The notes: generated by a model from the letters alone, not told the origin. DNA of 64,000 bases from Syncephalis fuscata S228 (GCA_025786725.1 JAHLTZ010000031.1:186001-250000), one strand, 5' to 3'. Counted from the first letter of the stretch, positions 1 through 15,611 are shown. A program made the numbers and translations.

Positions 1-814
1 CATTGCCATGGACAAATAGTATTGGAATACCGTTTAACTATTCATCTACGTATTAGTAGCGTCAGTGTTAAATAAAATAATTACTTACATCATCGAATGT
101 GTCGTAACCATCTTCTCGGTAGAGATAGAGGGCGTATTTACCCGATAGACGTGTATATTCACTATCAAATTGATCAAGTTGTTTAAAACTAGGCCGTAGA
201 TAGGACATATCACAAGTCTTTCGATCAAGCTGTCGCGTAAAGTAGGCATGACACGATACAAGAATAAATAGACAGGCCAGTAAAGTGACACTGAATAGAA
301 GTGGTGACATACGTAGATGTCGTGTGGCCACTTTAAATAGATCCGATGATAAGTGTCGTCGATATGTTGCATCTCGTTGTTCACTGATAGTTGTTTCATT
401 GTCAGAGTCACTATAGGAAGAACCGTTAGATTCACCTGATGGTGAACGGGATGCAGATTGAGAGGCACCTTGTTGAAGTCGATGACGACCACGAGGATAT
501 GAGTTAGATGCAGTGGGGGGTGAGGGTGATGCATCTAAATACTCTTTAGTATTAAATGGGGTTGTTTTAATTAATGGTTCATTCACATCTTGATGATGCA
601 TTGGTTCACTACACTGATTCGATAGTTCATTATTGATTTGATCTTTGGTAATAACTGGTGAGGCTAGTTGGTCGACTGCTACACCAATAAGGGCTGTATC
701 TTCATCGATTAAACCATCTGTATCCTTGGATTGACTGGTTCCATTAGACGTCGTAATAGAATTATTGTATTCATTGGATGATTTCAATGGCATGGTGGCA
801 TCATGTGTTGCCAT
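1..814 (-). CDS. BST1: GPI inositol-deacylase (PGAP1/Bst1 family), 5' part; runs off the window start
   Basis: Disordered N-terminus, TM helix, then CDMSYLRPSF...TRLSGKYALYLYRE; after a GT-AG intron (~38-86) the next exon reads LNGIPILFVHGN, typical of PGAP1/Bst1. Confidence 0.85.
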
Positions 815-1749
815 ATAGTGAATGACGATAATGGCCGTAACAATAAATACTTCAATTTACTTTCTTTACCAATGGCTATCCTTGAACGGGCCTTTTCTAC
901 AATCAATACCACACACACAAAAAAAGAGAGAAGAGATAGGTGTATAGTTGTGGACTAGACGTTTACGTTCAAGACGGTGAAAATGTCCGTGAAATAGGTC
1001 AGCAATTAGCAAGAAAGTAAAATAGTAAGTAGATTTGGAAGGCACAGAACGTGCTGGGAATAAATAAACGGAGTGCGATCTTTATAGAATCACCGAACCA
1101 ATAAATAGTTTGTATATGAGTATATAAGAGTAATGCGTATACACGCGTACGTGGGAAGTAAGGATCTGTCTGACTGTGACTAGCGTGTAGTCTACACTAC
1201 GGTGTGTTAAATAGAGCGAAATAAAAAGAAAAGAAGATTCAAGGAGTAGATGAGAAGAAGTAATCTGTGTTATGTCTTTTTTGCTTATTGAATCATTTCT
1301 TTATTGCATAAATCTGGATTACTAATAATAAAGATTAAATTAGAAGTTAAATGATGATTAAATAACATTGATCCCATTACACTGTTATACACTATTTATT
1401 GACGGTTATTTTAATTAGTATCTAATAGAATGGATATTAGTGGATACTATACTATATATATATATTGATAATAAAGGCTAATGATAGATGAATATTAACC
1501 ATATAGCTATGTCTTAAACATGTTCTATTACAATACATTTCGTAATCGTTATAATACAACTAAATATGCCGACGATGTTTAAAAGTAATACATGTATTTA
1601 TGCTGTTTCAGTAATAAAACATAGATGTATTATATAAATGAATAGAATAGTATAACAGAACATTATTTATTCATTATTCTTTATTCATTCACTCGCTCAC
1701 TATTATTTCACTGTATTATTTGAACCGTTAACCAATAACCAATAACAAC

Positions 1750-2118
1750 ATGGCAGAACGACGACGACAGAATGAAGAACAGCAACAATCGCTGCCTCAT
1801 TTGGATACACATCCCTATTGTATAGGCAATGTCTCTATTGCACCTATTGGTGCTGATTCTTCAATGACAAAGTATACGGAAACATCGAATGCTTGTATGA
1901 AAAAGCATGGACTTAAGCATAAAGTGCGTGCTTGTAGCACGGAATTTGAAGGCCCCTTCGATGAAGTTATGGCGACCCTACGTGAATGTCATCAAGATTT
2001 ACACGAATTAGGAGTGCCGCGTATTTGCTCCACCATTACGGTGGAAACAATTTCTGACACGCACAAGCACCACATGTCCCTCGATGAGCGTGATAAAGTA
2101 GTCTCTCAAATGAATTAA
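1750..2118 (+). CDS. Thiamine-binding protein (MTH1187/YkoF/Ecm15 family), intronless
   Basis: 122 aa: CIGNVSIAPIG...SMTKY...STEFEGPFDEVMATLRECHQDLHELGVPRI. Confidence 0.75.
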   Translation: MAERRRQNEEQQQSLPHLDTHPYCIGNVSIAPIGADSSMTKYTETSNACMKKHGLKHKVRACSTEFEGPFDEVMATLRECHQDLHELGVPRICSTITVETISDTHKHHMSLDERDKVVSQMN

Positions 2119-2263
2119 CTGCACTGTAGAAATATAGTGTAGCTACAAGTATTAGTGATATATCAACACTGTTGTAAATATATAACCTCGTTTGTCTGAT
2201 ACACTTTTACTATAAACTGTGATGCAATAAAGCACTTGGGTTTTATTTCATTGGTATTGTGTG

Positions 2264-2784
2264 TTAATCGTGAGTTAATCGAGTGACTGATGCCACTTTA
2301 TTGGCAAACGACGCTGCTTTATCTCGTCTTGAATCAATCTTGACAGATACAGAGACGCGGTCGGCACCCATATCGTGTACAACTCGGCGACACTCGCTTT
2401 ATAGATATATTAGTGCTATTAGCTTTATTGCTATACTATTGGCTTACTCGATAGCTTGCATTGTCACTTGCCAAGTACCAACTAGTATCGATGGTTTATT
2501 AGTGGATAAACACCAATGATTGCTACTTACTTAGATTGGTGCCCATGGCGTGCATCTCATGCTCAACTCTGCCATTTAGTTTGTATTAGAGAATGGCAAT
2601 GTAGTATTGAAATGACTTACTTGCGTGTCTTTAGTATATGTTGACAAGCTGCAACATACTAGTATCTAGTTGTATAAGCCGAATAGCCTAAAAGTAACTG
2701 ACCTACCTTTGATACAGAGACTCCCTCGCCAATAGGTAGAAGAGAGAACTCTACCATTACAATATCGTTGTTGTGGGTTTCCAT
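2264..2784 (-). CDS. Second thiamine-binding protein (Ecm15/MTH1187 family), 5 exons; missed by the ORF track
   Basis: Manual splicing over 4 GT-AG introns gives METHNNDIVMVEFSLLPIGEGVSVSKYVAACQHILKTRKVEHEMHAMGTNLIGTWQVTMQAIDECRRVVHDMGADRVSVSVKIDSRRDKAASFANKVASVTRLTHD*. Confidence 0.8.
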
Positions 2785-3091
2785 GTTGTTAAAGTAATGA
2801 CAAACAGAACACGTAATTCACCAGTGACTAATGTCCATATGTGCTGTTATATGGATTAAGACATGATTTGATTAGTATTCGATTTGCACATCTTTTTTAA
2901 AAATAAAAAATAAATTGATGCCATTCACAATTTATATTGTTTTTTTACAAATACATTTGTATTTTGCCCATTTACTATAAATACAACTGTGTATTGTTCC
3001 TTTGCATTCAATTCTGTAAGCTTAGTTACGTATTCTTTGGAATGGGTATAGTAACAATTTTCTATTTTATTATAGAAAAAGTACTGCAATA

Positions 3092-4557
<1,466 letters not shown>

Positions 4558-5416
4558 ACATCAAATGGATTTGATAGCTTATTAAGGGTAAAATGCGATA
4601 TTTTACCTGGCAAGTTGGCGAGAACGGGATGCTTAACAGAGATTAGTGTATTAATGTTTGTTAGAATACGATAGCAATGCCCATAAAAATAAATTTTATG
4701 TTAAAAAAAGGAATATTGTTTTTTGAGTTTAATAATAATAACAGTATTTGAATTTACATATTTTAGGTACTCAAATCATTTTCCATCTAGTTAGAGAAGC
4801 AGACCGTATAACAAATGGTTTTTTTTTACAAAATTAGTTATAATAATTTGAATCAATAACAAACCGATTAAATTGATTATGCTTAAATTAATATTTGTCA
4901 TCTGCACCTATTTTTTATTATGCTTTTGCATTGTTATTAAAAAGTGCTAAAAAGACTATTTAATTAGTGAAATTGATGATTGAAACTATAATTGTGCTAG
5001 TTCACCAATAGCTGCTATATTTAATAATGGCTAGAACTGCTCAAGCACTATATTCATTCAAGATCCGTAAAACAATATAGGCACATAAGATTTATGCTGT
5101 TCAATATCTGTTCTAGTTTTACCGGGTAGTCTTAACTATTTTTAAGCATTACACTACTATACATGCATTTTAAATTACCACGTTATATTTATCATTGGTT
5201 TCCATTACACATCAGTGCCATAGTTCATAGAACATATTTGCTAATTTCCCACATTAATGATAGACTTAAATAGTCTACACAAAACACACAATAGCTAGTT
5301 GTATCATCATCATCACTATCTACTTTCTGTTATACACTTACTACTGCTTACTCTATACTAAACACGCTCTGTTGCTCATTCTGTTGGTTTTTTTGTTTCA
5401 ACAAATCAATATTACC

Positions 5417-6100
5417 ATGAAGCTTTCTATTGCTGTCGTCTGCACCATCATCATGGTTTTTGTCGCCAGTACAGCCATGGCAGATGCTAATTCAGATTTA
5501 TTTCACCGTAGTATGTTTTAATTATAATAATCATCCAAGCTAAATATCTACTAATATATTTAATTGATACTAATAGAAGGTAAGCCACAATAAGAATTGT
5601 AAGTAGCATTATATGCTAATTAATTATACATTAAATACATGCTATTCATTGTGTGCATCAACAAATTGGTATTAATAGGCCGTAAGTGGTATTGTATATT
5701 GATTGACTATACACTAATTACATATTATTCATGTGTATGCCAACAATTTAACATCAGTAGTTCGTAAGTGGTATTGAACATTAATTAGCCATGTACTAAT
5801 CATATCATATGCATTGCATATAAATAATCGTAAGTGCAATTGCATACTAGCTAGTTATGCGCTAATCACATATTATGTATTATGTGCATAAATGATTTAA
5901 TAGGCTGTAGGTAGTATTGTATGTCAATTGGATATGCGACTAATTACTTGCTATTTAATATGTGTAACAACAATTTGATATTAATAGCCTGTAAGTAATG
6001 TTGTATATTAATTAGTTACGCACTAATTTCATGTTAATACTGTGTGTATCAATGAAACATTATATTAATAACAAATTTGAATTTAGTTAAATCTATTTAA
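5417..6100 (+). pseudogene. Degenerate/truncated member of the microexon secreted-peptide family
   Basis: Exon 1 (5417-5510) MKLSIAVVCTIIMVFVASTAMADANSDLFHR + phase-1 donor, homologous to the 21406 gene. Followed by AG|NNN|GTA units (AAG, GCC, TTC, GCT, CCT), two damaged units and no CTAATCCATAA terminal exon. Confidence 0.6.
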
Positions 6101-6254
6101 TTATGCAAACTGGTAGTAATAAACATATGATTCTATTTTAATGATAATAATGATAATGATATTGCACTGACATCTGGTTAATTTTACTGAATTGGTTAAT
6201 TTTCTAAATAATAACATTCGCATAACATCTGTGTACCTTTTATAATTAAAGGTT

Positions 6255-7720
6255 TTATGCTCTATTTCTTTCGGGTACCCAACGTTTAATTACCGTCTCT
6301 TCTATTCTATAACTTTGAATAAAAGCTGGCCCTTGCTCCTTAAGCCCTTTATTTGTTACTGGCACATAGACATAGCAAATACGTAACGCCTATATACATT
6401 CATTAGCCATTACCTATTGCTTTATTAATAAATGAATTACCTTACGCACTTGACTGCATACTCTTATTAATCCTAATAAATTCGACCAGTCAAGTGATAC
6501 TTGTCGTGTTTGTTTTGACGATAAGTCGCGCATATCACTATCATCATTCTTTGTATTGGGTATTAATAAAATCGGGCATATGAGTACGGCGGCTCTATTA
6601 AAATAATCATTTTAATTAATTACTGCAATAACAAACAACAGTATCTTACATTGAATGATCGAATATTGGTCCACGCTCATAAATAACTAAATTTAATCAA
6701 TATTATTGTCACAGCACTGGTAAAGGTTGCTTACCATAATCTGCACCGTATTTAATACCATCCCGCACCACCCATCCTTTATTACGTAAATACTGGTAAA
6801 CAGCATACCGATAAATAAATGGCCTATCCTCAGTGATATCTTGCAATTTAAGATCTACCATACTTTGTCCTAAAAACCTTGGCTTATAAACAGCGCAGCA
6901 TCTTTGCCATAATGTCCATAAATCCAATGGTTGCTACAAACAGTTAATAAGTTATACTTATTCTACTTTTACTTTATCTTACCTGCGTTACTTCATCAAT
7001 AATTTGAAGACAACCAACATGCCATGATAGGAAAAACACTTCTTCTGGTGATAGCCATAAGGGCTCATTTGCGGGTCTATTCAAGTCATAACTATAACTT
7101 TTTGAATCAAACAACAGCATTGTTTGTAATAAAATAATTTGTTGATCAACAGAAATTAACGATTGGGCTGGTACTTTTGTTTTACGTCGTCGCTTAGTAC
7201 GTTGAGTAGTAGTAGCAGCAGTAGTAGCAACGTTCGTTGTAGGTGTAGCTATATTATATTTAGCGTTTACCGTTTCTCCACTAGTTACTGCTCGTTTATC
7301 TGATACACTTGCGCCTTCTTTTTGAGTAATTGCTAGTGGTTCACCCCGCGATATAACTCCTTTACCGAAAAAGCCGCCCTGCCATAGTGCTTTTATGGCC
7401 TGTGCATCATAGACAAGTACGCCTCCACGATGCGGTAAAGTTGATACGGAAGGCCAGATAGCTGGCCAACGAGGCCGACATTGCAAACAGATAGTTGACG
7501 ACGCCGTCCAAGCAATGAACCAGCTTCTATTAAGCCATGAACGCGGCAGACAATAAACGATAAACGGTAAAACGCGGCACTTTATTCGACAATAACACCG
7601 GTGTATCCAATCAATAAATACAAAGCGTGTAGAAGAAGACAAAGAGGGCAGTCGAGGCAATTTCGTATAGTCATGACTATTGACACGAAGACGTCGTTTA
7701 TTTATCGCAGGGGAATTCAT
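6255..7720 (-). CDS. SEN2: tRNA-splicing endonuclease subunit Sen2, multi-exon
   Basis: LWQGGFFGKGVISRGEP, EPLWLSPEEVFFL, YAVYQYLRNKGWVVRDGIKYGADY, YERGP, C-terminal KRWVPERNRA*. Confidence 0.9.
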
Positions 7721-7813
7721 AAAAAAAAGATAGTCGGTGAGTGTTAAGGAGAAAGTAAATAAAATACAAAAGAAATAAAAGGATTCTTATCGCCAACTTG
7801 TTACTATAAGCTA

Positions 7814-10800
7814 TTAGTGTAGACCAGATACATCAACCATTCTATATTCATTCGATAATGGTGTATGGTCTGATTTAAGCGGTATATAGCCATAGTGCGT
7901 TGCCGATACTAGACCAAGCTCTGTATGGTCAACCTTATCCGATTCCGTAACAATGGAGGTGCTACCTTCACGTGTCTGCACCACCGGTGACAATAGATTA
8001 ATACGACGCAATCGACGACCTGTAGTCAAATCGCCAACATAATGACGTCCATCAGATCTTTCCACCATACATAATGATCCTATAATTGGTGATCCAATCT
8101 TTGTCCAACGATGTTTAATACGTCTAACGGTATTACCATTATTAAGCGACACTAGATCAATAAAGCCATGAGATGGCATATCATCTTCATCATCTTCATC
8201 GCTATTGTTATCGTCTATGTCTTCATTACCGCTGGCGTGTCTATTACTTTCATTATCGCTATTATCTAGATTAGATCCTTCCGAGTAGACTTCGTGTTCC
8301 TGGTCACTATCAACATCACGGGTAAGTACACTAAGCCTATCGCCATCATCTTCAACATCAGTTACATCGCCGGTAGATGCATTCAATAGCTTAGTTAGTT
8401 GTTCTTTTTCCCATTCTTGTTCCCCAATCGATAGATGCTGTTTAAACTTGCCAAGTCCTTTATCTGTAGCTTTCACTGATACATCTTCTTGAATAGTTCG
8501 ATAGCTAGACATTGAGACCTTTTTAACCGATGATTTACCCTTCGCTTTCTCTTCATCTTCATCATCCTCATCTTCATCATCGCCATCGTCGTCTTCATCT
8601 TCATACTCTTCTTCTGGTGGTGTCCAAGTAGTAACTAGGGCTAATAGTCCCACATCTGGCAAATGAATTGCTTGTTCCCAATCACCCTGACGCTCCCATA
8701 GTAAACAATTACGTCTTAAAGAATGTACAGCTGCCCAGGCTGGTGATGTATAGTAACCAGGAGCAGTAATAAGCATACGAGCATGTATATCAGCTGCTGT
8801 TTCCCAGTCTGTCTTATTTTCTGAGTTGGTTTGTGCGCTAGATGCAGCGCCTTCTTGTTCATTAGGTAGTGACAAATTTTGTGTTTGAACAATATCATCA
8901 TCTGCAGTATCATGTTCTATCTTAACAAAATCAGTATCACTATTTGTATTTGTTGTATCATCAATGACAACAGTAGGAATTGTATATGATGCCGCTGATG
9001 TTGTATTCGTTTTGGCCATGGATCTCCGTGTAATGGTGTCAATTTACGAGCACCTTGAGGATTCACATTTACTTTAAATCTACCACGGGCCAGTATTTGA
9101 GGTGTTAATGTATTTGTGCCTATATTGAACCAATCATTAATTGATCAATTAAAAACTATATAAAATTATATAAAATTACTTGCCATTAACACTTGAGCGT
9201 TTTGCTTTATTACCATTGCCCGGAAAGGCAATCACTTCCCATATCATTGTTTGCGGTTCATCGCGTACTTGTGTCAGTAAGCGATAAACAAGTGCCCGTC
9301 GTGGTGTTGTTGGTGGGCTTGTTTCTTTTGTTAATAAATCATCATTAATAGCTTCTGGGTGTTCATAGACGGTAGTGTTGGCCGGTAATAGAACACAATC
9401 ACCTACAGGGAAGCAGTGGTATTGACAAGCAGTCGATGTTGATAATGCCACGGCCGATTGCAGCCCAGTAGTATCGGCCGAGTATTTATGAGATACTGCT
9501 TCCAAATCATGAGCATTTAAAATAAATCCGCGCCTATTGTTTGGTCTCTTTTGCCAATGTAATAGCCATCCATCTCGCGTTTCTAGCAAATGACCATAAG
9601 TAGTTGGCTGTAATGTAAGATGCAATCGTGACTGATGGGCCTTCCAAATCCATATTTGTCGATATTTGTCGCCCGTCTGCCGTGGCTCCAAAACAAGAAA
9701 ATGGTCATCGACCAATACACTAACAATAACATCAAACTGAGATCGTTCTCTAGATGATGACGATAAAGAAGCCGTATCATGATGGACAGTAGTATCGTTG
9801 CTATCGTTTATAACACCAGCAGTCATACCAATATCTTCTGGATCAGCCATCAATTGTGATGTATCGGCTAACCAGCCAACACCACCACAACTACTATCCG
9901 GATCTATTGATGATCCATGAATGGCTGCAGTGTGACGGTCAGTACCCGGTGAATTGGGTATATCGCCACTACCATAACCAGTACTGTGGTTTAATTCACT
10001 GCCTTCCACACTAGATGACGACATCATTGATACAGACCGATGCCATGGACCTCTAACAGATAAACAAGCCCCCTGGTCGATTCTCCACAACAAATAGACG
10101 ACTCGCACCCACATGATGCAGTACTGTGCCCCAATTAGCGGCGACTAAGGGCGCAACCGGTTGACGAATGCGTCGTTGTATAGAAAGCGTTCTAGCAAAG
10201 CTACGTGACAATGATCCAAATACACCACCATGACAATTATTGGTTAGATAAGTTAGAATAGCATCTGCTTCTACTGATGATATATTAATTTGTCGTGCTC
10301 TAATGGCCGTAGCTTTTCAGTCAAAGCCGCTAAACATGCTTCTTCTTCTTCTTCCTCCTCCTCCTCCTCCTCTTCTTCTTGCTGTGCCTTTTCTATACCT
10401 TCTTCTTCTGACCGTTCTTTATTAAAATCACTGGCCAATGCAAATTCATTATCTTCAAATGGTTCTCCTAATATCACATCCATCACTTCATCTTCACTTA
10501 GTACTTCCTCGTCCTCTCTAACTGTTCTACTTGCTGATAGTGGTGGTGCAGCCTCAATATTCATCCCATCTACAATAGTACGTAGTTCGGCGTCATCGCT
10601 TTTTACTTGCTCACTTCTTATCATCAATCCTGGTGGTATGATGGCCGTGCCATAGTCGATTTCAATTCCCCATTCATCTTCTTCACTTTCATCCCCACCT
10701 CGTTACACATGGTCGATCGCCAATGCTGTTCGAGTAAATGGCGTCGTTGATAGATATATCGCCATTTTGGTTGACCTGGTGGTCCATGTAGCCATTTCAT

Positions 10801-11178
10801 TCTTTGACCTTTACCGCTATTAGCATCTATCATCGATGGGCTGGTAGATGGCGGCCATACCGCATTTTCACTCGCCCATATACACCAATCGACGAACCAG
10901 TCAGTAGAATAAGGCTTTATCGATTGTTGTCGCAATGGTGGTGGTGATGTAGCTTGTAAATGAGCTATAGTCTGCAGTCTAGGTGGGTCACCGGTTGGTA
11001 CCGCGCCAAACTCGCGCCAGTACGCTTGCTGCCACACTTCATTGGCGCCCGTTACAACTTGGTTAAGATGAGTACAGGTGCCAGATAGTGCAACTAGCGA
11101 TTGAACACACAGCGATGCATTATTTACAACTAAATGCCAGACGATAAGGAAAGTTTGTTCAGTTGACACGGAACTCAT
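7814..11178 (-). CDS. Large F-box-like protein with acidic tracts (several ORF pieces; exact model uncertain)
   Basis: N-terminal SLVALSGTCTHLNQVV...EVWQQAYWREF and WRYIYQRRHLLEQHWR resemble F-box proteins; consecutive same-strand ORFs 10624-11232, 10271-10627, 9176-10114, 7814-9019. Confidence 0.45.
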
Positions 11179-11438
11179 ATTACTATGAGTTACTAGCTTT
11201 AATGACAATAGAAAAATGAAATGTACTAACAATGATACAGCAAGTATTTGTAAACTTCAATGAAAATGGAAAAGATATCAAATAGTGGACGGGGATTGGT
11301 GCCGATAAAGGGCGGATATTATGCGTAGATAGTTTCGCCTATGCAATGTGTACTACAGCGGTATCAAGCTATTGCGTATTAGTTTACTTAGTTGCAGCAA
11401 TATGTTGTGTTGTTAGTTGCATTAATAAAATTGTTATT

Positions 11439-12757
11439 TTAAATGTAAACACTGAGGTAGATTTTATTAGATACAAGCGTTGATACGACCTTGCTGTTCT
11501 GGCTCTGGCCCCACTTGACGAGCAATTTGCCCTTATTACCACCGTTGAATAGCTTGAGTAGAGCTTCAGGTGCACAAGTAATGCCGCCCTCTTGGATGTC
11601 AAGAGCTACGCGCAATTTGCCAGCCGACATCCATTGGATGTATTCTTTGGCTGCTGCTCGAAACGATCGGCATAATCGAATACAATAAAGCCTTGCATCT
11701 TGGCGCGTTGTGCAATAAGTGACATATAGTTGCGTGGTCCCTGTACGTTGGTGGCGTTATACTGGCTAATAGCACCGCAAATTGAAATGCGTGCACCTTT
11801 AGCAAGTCGACCCAACACGGCATCCAACACATCACCGCCTACGTTATCAAAGAATACATTGATGTAGTCGGGTGTGGCAGCGGCCAGATCCTTTTTAAAT
11901 GTGCTTGAACGATAGTCAATGGCCTCATCAACACCGAGTTCGTCCTTTAGATATTGGCACTTTTCAGCACCGCCAGCAATACCAATAACTCGACATCCTT
12001 TAATCTTGGCAATTTGAACTAAAGTAATAGCACAATTAGTAAATAAATAGTATATGTTAAGCTATCCCATGGCTATTATCAGCACTAATAACTTACCGAC
12101 TAGACTGCCAGTAGCGCCAGCAGCACCGGATACAACAACTGTTTCACCAGGCTGTGGATCAGTAACATCTAAAATGTTGTTGTACAATAAGTGTCAGTGA
12201 TACATAAACATGTCTAATTTACCGCAAATCACTTACCGAGCAGTCCAAAATAGGCCGTCATACCGGTCATATTTAACACGGTGAATGCTTTAGGAAGCGA
12301 CACGTTCGGCACAAGTCTAGTTAGTGACGTAGCAAGGGTAATCAGTATGGGTGGAGCGAATCATCATAAACGACACATTGTCGCTTAAAGAAAAAACTTA
12401 CGGGAGACGAGTTGCATCCTTAGCATTAACAACTGCGTATTGTTGCCAGCCAAAACTGCCAGTAACAATATCGCCAGCTTTAAGCTTATCAGCCTTCGAC
12501 TTGACTACTTCGGCAACACATCCACCGCGCATAACTTCGTTAATGCCAACAGGTGGGACGTAACTGCGAGCATCGTTCATCCAGCCACGCATTGCTGGAT
12601 CCAACGATAGATAAATGATGCGTACGAGTACTTGTCCATCGGCTGGCTCAGGAACTGGCTCCTTCACGATCTTAAATGTATCGGCCGGGTCAAAGAGACC
12701 AACAGGACGCTTAACAAAGCGAACTTGCGTATTTTCAGTAGGGATAGTGGCAGACAT
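11439..12757 (-). CDS. NADP-dependent oxidoreductase (PTGR1/CurA-like MDR family)
   Basis: YLSLDPAMRGWMNDARSYVPPV, GMTAYFGLL, VVSGAAGATGS, FFDNVGG-like, ICGAISQYN, LFNGGNKGKLLVK; one apparent frameshift near 11660. Confidence 0.9.
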
Positions 12758-13316
12758 GTTAATAAATTCGTTGAAAATAAACGTGGATGTGTGTGCGTGG
12801 ATGTGTCAGCTTAGTTGATTGACTTTTATAAAACATCTACAGAATGCAATGCTTTTATAGCTGTTTGGCCTTGAGTAGCATTCGTGAAACTGCAACAGTT
12901 TCGATTAATCAGCAACTGGGACTCAAATCAAACATATCGGCAAATTAACGGTCCGCAACTGGTTTCACCATGATGCCCAAACCGTGCACTTTCATATTTA
13001 TTAGCGGACGTGTTGTTTACATTTAAAAAAAACCGGTAATTGTACTTTTTTGCAACTATCGGCAAATAAACGCCGACATCCAGGATTGACATTTAATTTA
13101 CAACAAATAGTAACATTAATGTGTAAAAATGTATTTAGCAGCCATATCGCTACCGGCTTGGTAACTTGCCGAAATCATTATGGCGCAATAAATAGTTTAT
13201 TGTTATCAGTAATTTAATGATATTTATTACTAATTTACTATTAAATTCACATTAATCATTACTAAGCTATAGTATTTTTTTATTAGGTTGCCAATGTGGG
13301 GCTATACTATTTACAA

Positions 13317-15590
13317 TTAGATCTTGGCCTTTTGACCATCGTTTCCATTGATAGAGACACAAAGGCCGTACATTTCACGTAACACTTGGATAAGTGTTTC
13401 TCGGAACTGGGCCGTATTTGTCTCAAGACACGATTTCTTCGATTCCATACCGAATTGCAAGGCTTTTGGACGTGCTTGATAATTAATACCATACCCATCT
13501 TCAACAACAGCACCAAATCCACAGGCTGTTATAATAATGAGTTAGCACGCTATCTATTCTATTATTCTACCAAACATCATCTTACCTAGCAATAGATCAC
13601 CAGTAGTTAGACCGCTTGTGCTAAGCCGCCAGGTCTGGCTTGCTCCAAATGCATCATCGGTAAAAACAGCATGCTGTTCCCCATTGCGTAATACCATGCG
13701 GAGTCCAAGCATATGACGATCACACCCATGACCTTTAGAAGCAATCTTAAGATAGTCTACATGTGCCTTGCATGCTGTTTGCAAAAGACGATACCGTACA
13801 TCGTTCTATTATTTTAATTAGACTATAGTTCATTAGTTAATTAGCGTATTGCTTACTGATGCATTCTTATTACGCATGGCTTCACACCAGGCACGGCTAT
13901 CGGTACTAAGTGTGCGTACTGTTTCTGTACGTCCTTTAAGATAAGCACGGGTACTGGCCGTTTCATAGGTTGGTGCAAACTTGTGGTGTAGCGTGTAGTA
14001 GGTAAGCTGGAGTGCCATTTGCATAAATGCATCTGGACTAACTTTGGCTATAATAATAATAATAATAATACAATAAGCTACAGTTTGTATAATCTATTAA
14101 TTACCACTTACCAACTCGCTTAACCGTATCAGTACCGTATTCACGGAAATGAAGTACATTAGGATCCGAGTTGTTTTCTACAGCTTCTACTCGTTGGCGT
14201 GTCTCATTTAACATCGTTTTTAATTCATTATCCAGTACAAAATGCAATGCTTCTGGTGCAGCCAACTTTGTAGCACTCGGTGTCGTTGGAGTGGGACCAA
14301 AGTAAGCTATTGGTCGTTTGACTGTAGCTTCACCTAAAATTGAGGCAATTAATGCATCACATGGTGAATGCTATTATTTTCTGTGTTAATAGTGCTATTC
14401 TATAGTAAGCTATACTGTAAACTTGCCTCGCCATTAAGGCCAGCACGAGCATTGCGTTCCACAACTATTGAAAGACTCTTATCCAGCCATCGATTATTTG
14501 GATTGCATAGACCATTTCGGAAACTAAGAAGAATTGTTTCATCTTTATTGTCTGGTATATCTGCACCAGAGGGCGCAAAATCATCCAATGATACAGCCAG
14601 AACACAGTCTTCAATAGCCTGAAGTGTCTTTACATTAACGTCGGATAGATCAATAAGTTTTTGGTGTGCCTATATGCAATTCATTAATAAAAAGCTAGTG
14701 TATATTAGCTCACTGCTTACATCTGCCCATAGATCACGATGATCACCTGTGAATAAGCACACCGGTTCATCTAATGATTGGCGTGTATTAACGTCATTAA
14801 TAGCACGCCAAATTTGGCTATTTCAAATATTAACGATTATTATTATAACAATTAATAACATTTACTTACTATTCAATATCAGCATCACTTAAACGCTTAT
14901 TGTCTTCGGTGTAGACAGGAACACGATAGGCTTGATTACGCAGCATCAATAGTATATCGTTGGCTGCCGAGTCGTGATAGTTTTCACCGCCACCTCGAAG
15001 TGTATCACATCCCGGTTTTGGTACACGAGTGACGCCAAATAGCTGATAATATTGGTGCATACATTGCGGACCATTACGCGTACTATCAATGGGAAATTGG
15101 CCTGCATTCAGCGCATCCCTTGTATCAAGCCAAGCTTGCAGTATACTGACAGCACGCTTTACCTGACCAGCTGAATAGTTATGCGTGGAAACACCTTTAA
15201 TATCACATTGGCCAGCTTGAATTGCCTTTAATAAGGTAGGATCGTCACGGAATAGCATATACCAATTGCTATTGACAAGGATGGGCTCACGCCATTGATG
15301 ATATGCCAAACGAAGCCACCATGCGTCAATCCAATTGCCATGGTTTGTTGTTTCACGCGCTGCTACTTCAACTAGACGGCGCTGTAGCTTTTCACCAAGG
15401 CCACCTTGCTTTAAAAAGTCAGCAACGTTAGCCTTTGTAATTGCTAGTTGCTTTGCTGATACAACCGGCCCAAAGACCGCAAATACACGTTAAATGTATC
15501 TGATAGCGAAGGTACTGGCAAGTGAGGCAGCGTATCCTGTAGCGCTAGCGTAGATAGTTGCTGTTTATTATCAGAAGATGGAGTAGCCAT
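13317..15590 (-). CDS. CAT2: Carnitine O-acetyltransferase (choline/carnitine acyltransferase family), PTS1-like C-terminal -AKI
   Basis: LPHLPVPSL, NRWLDKS, GLNGE/HSPCDA, TYETASTRAY..GRTETVR, GHGCDRHMLGL, GFGAVVEDGYGINY, ends ...GQKAKI*. Confidence 0.85.
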
Positions 15591-15610
15591 AACGAATGGA
15601 CAAACGCAGT

Positions 15611-15611
<1 letters not shown>

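Noticed and set aside
2283-2519. 78-aa + strand ORF
   Set aside because: Antisense shadow of the spliced minus-strand thiamine-binding gene
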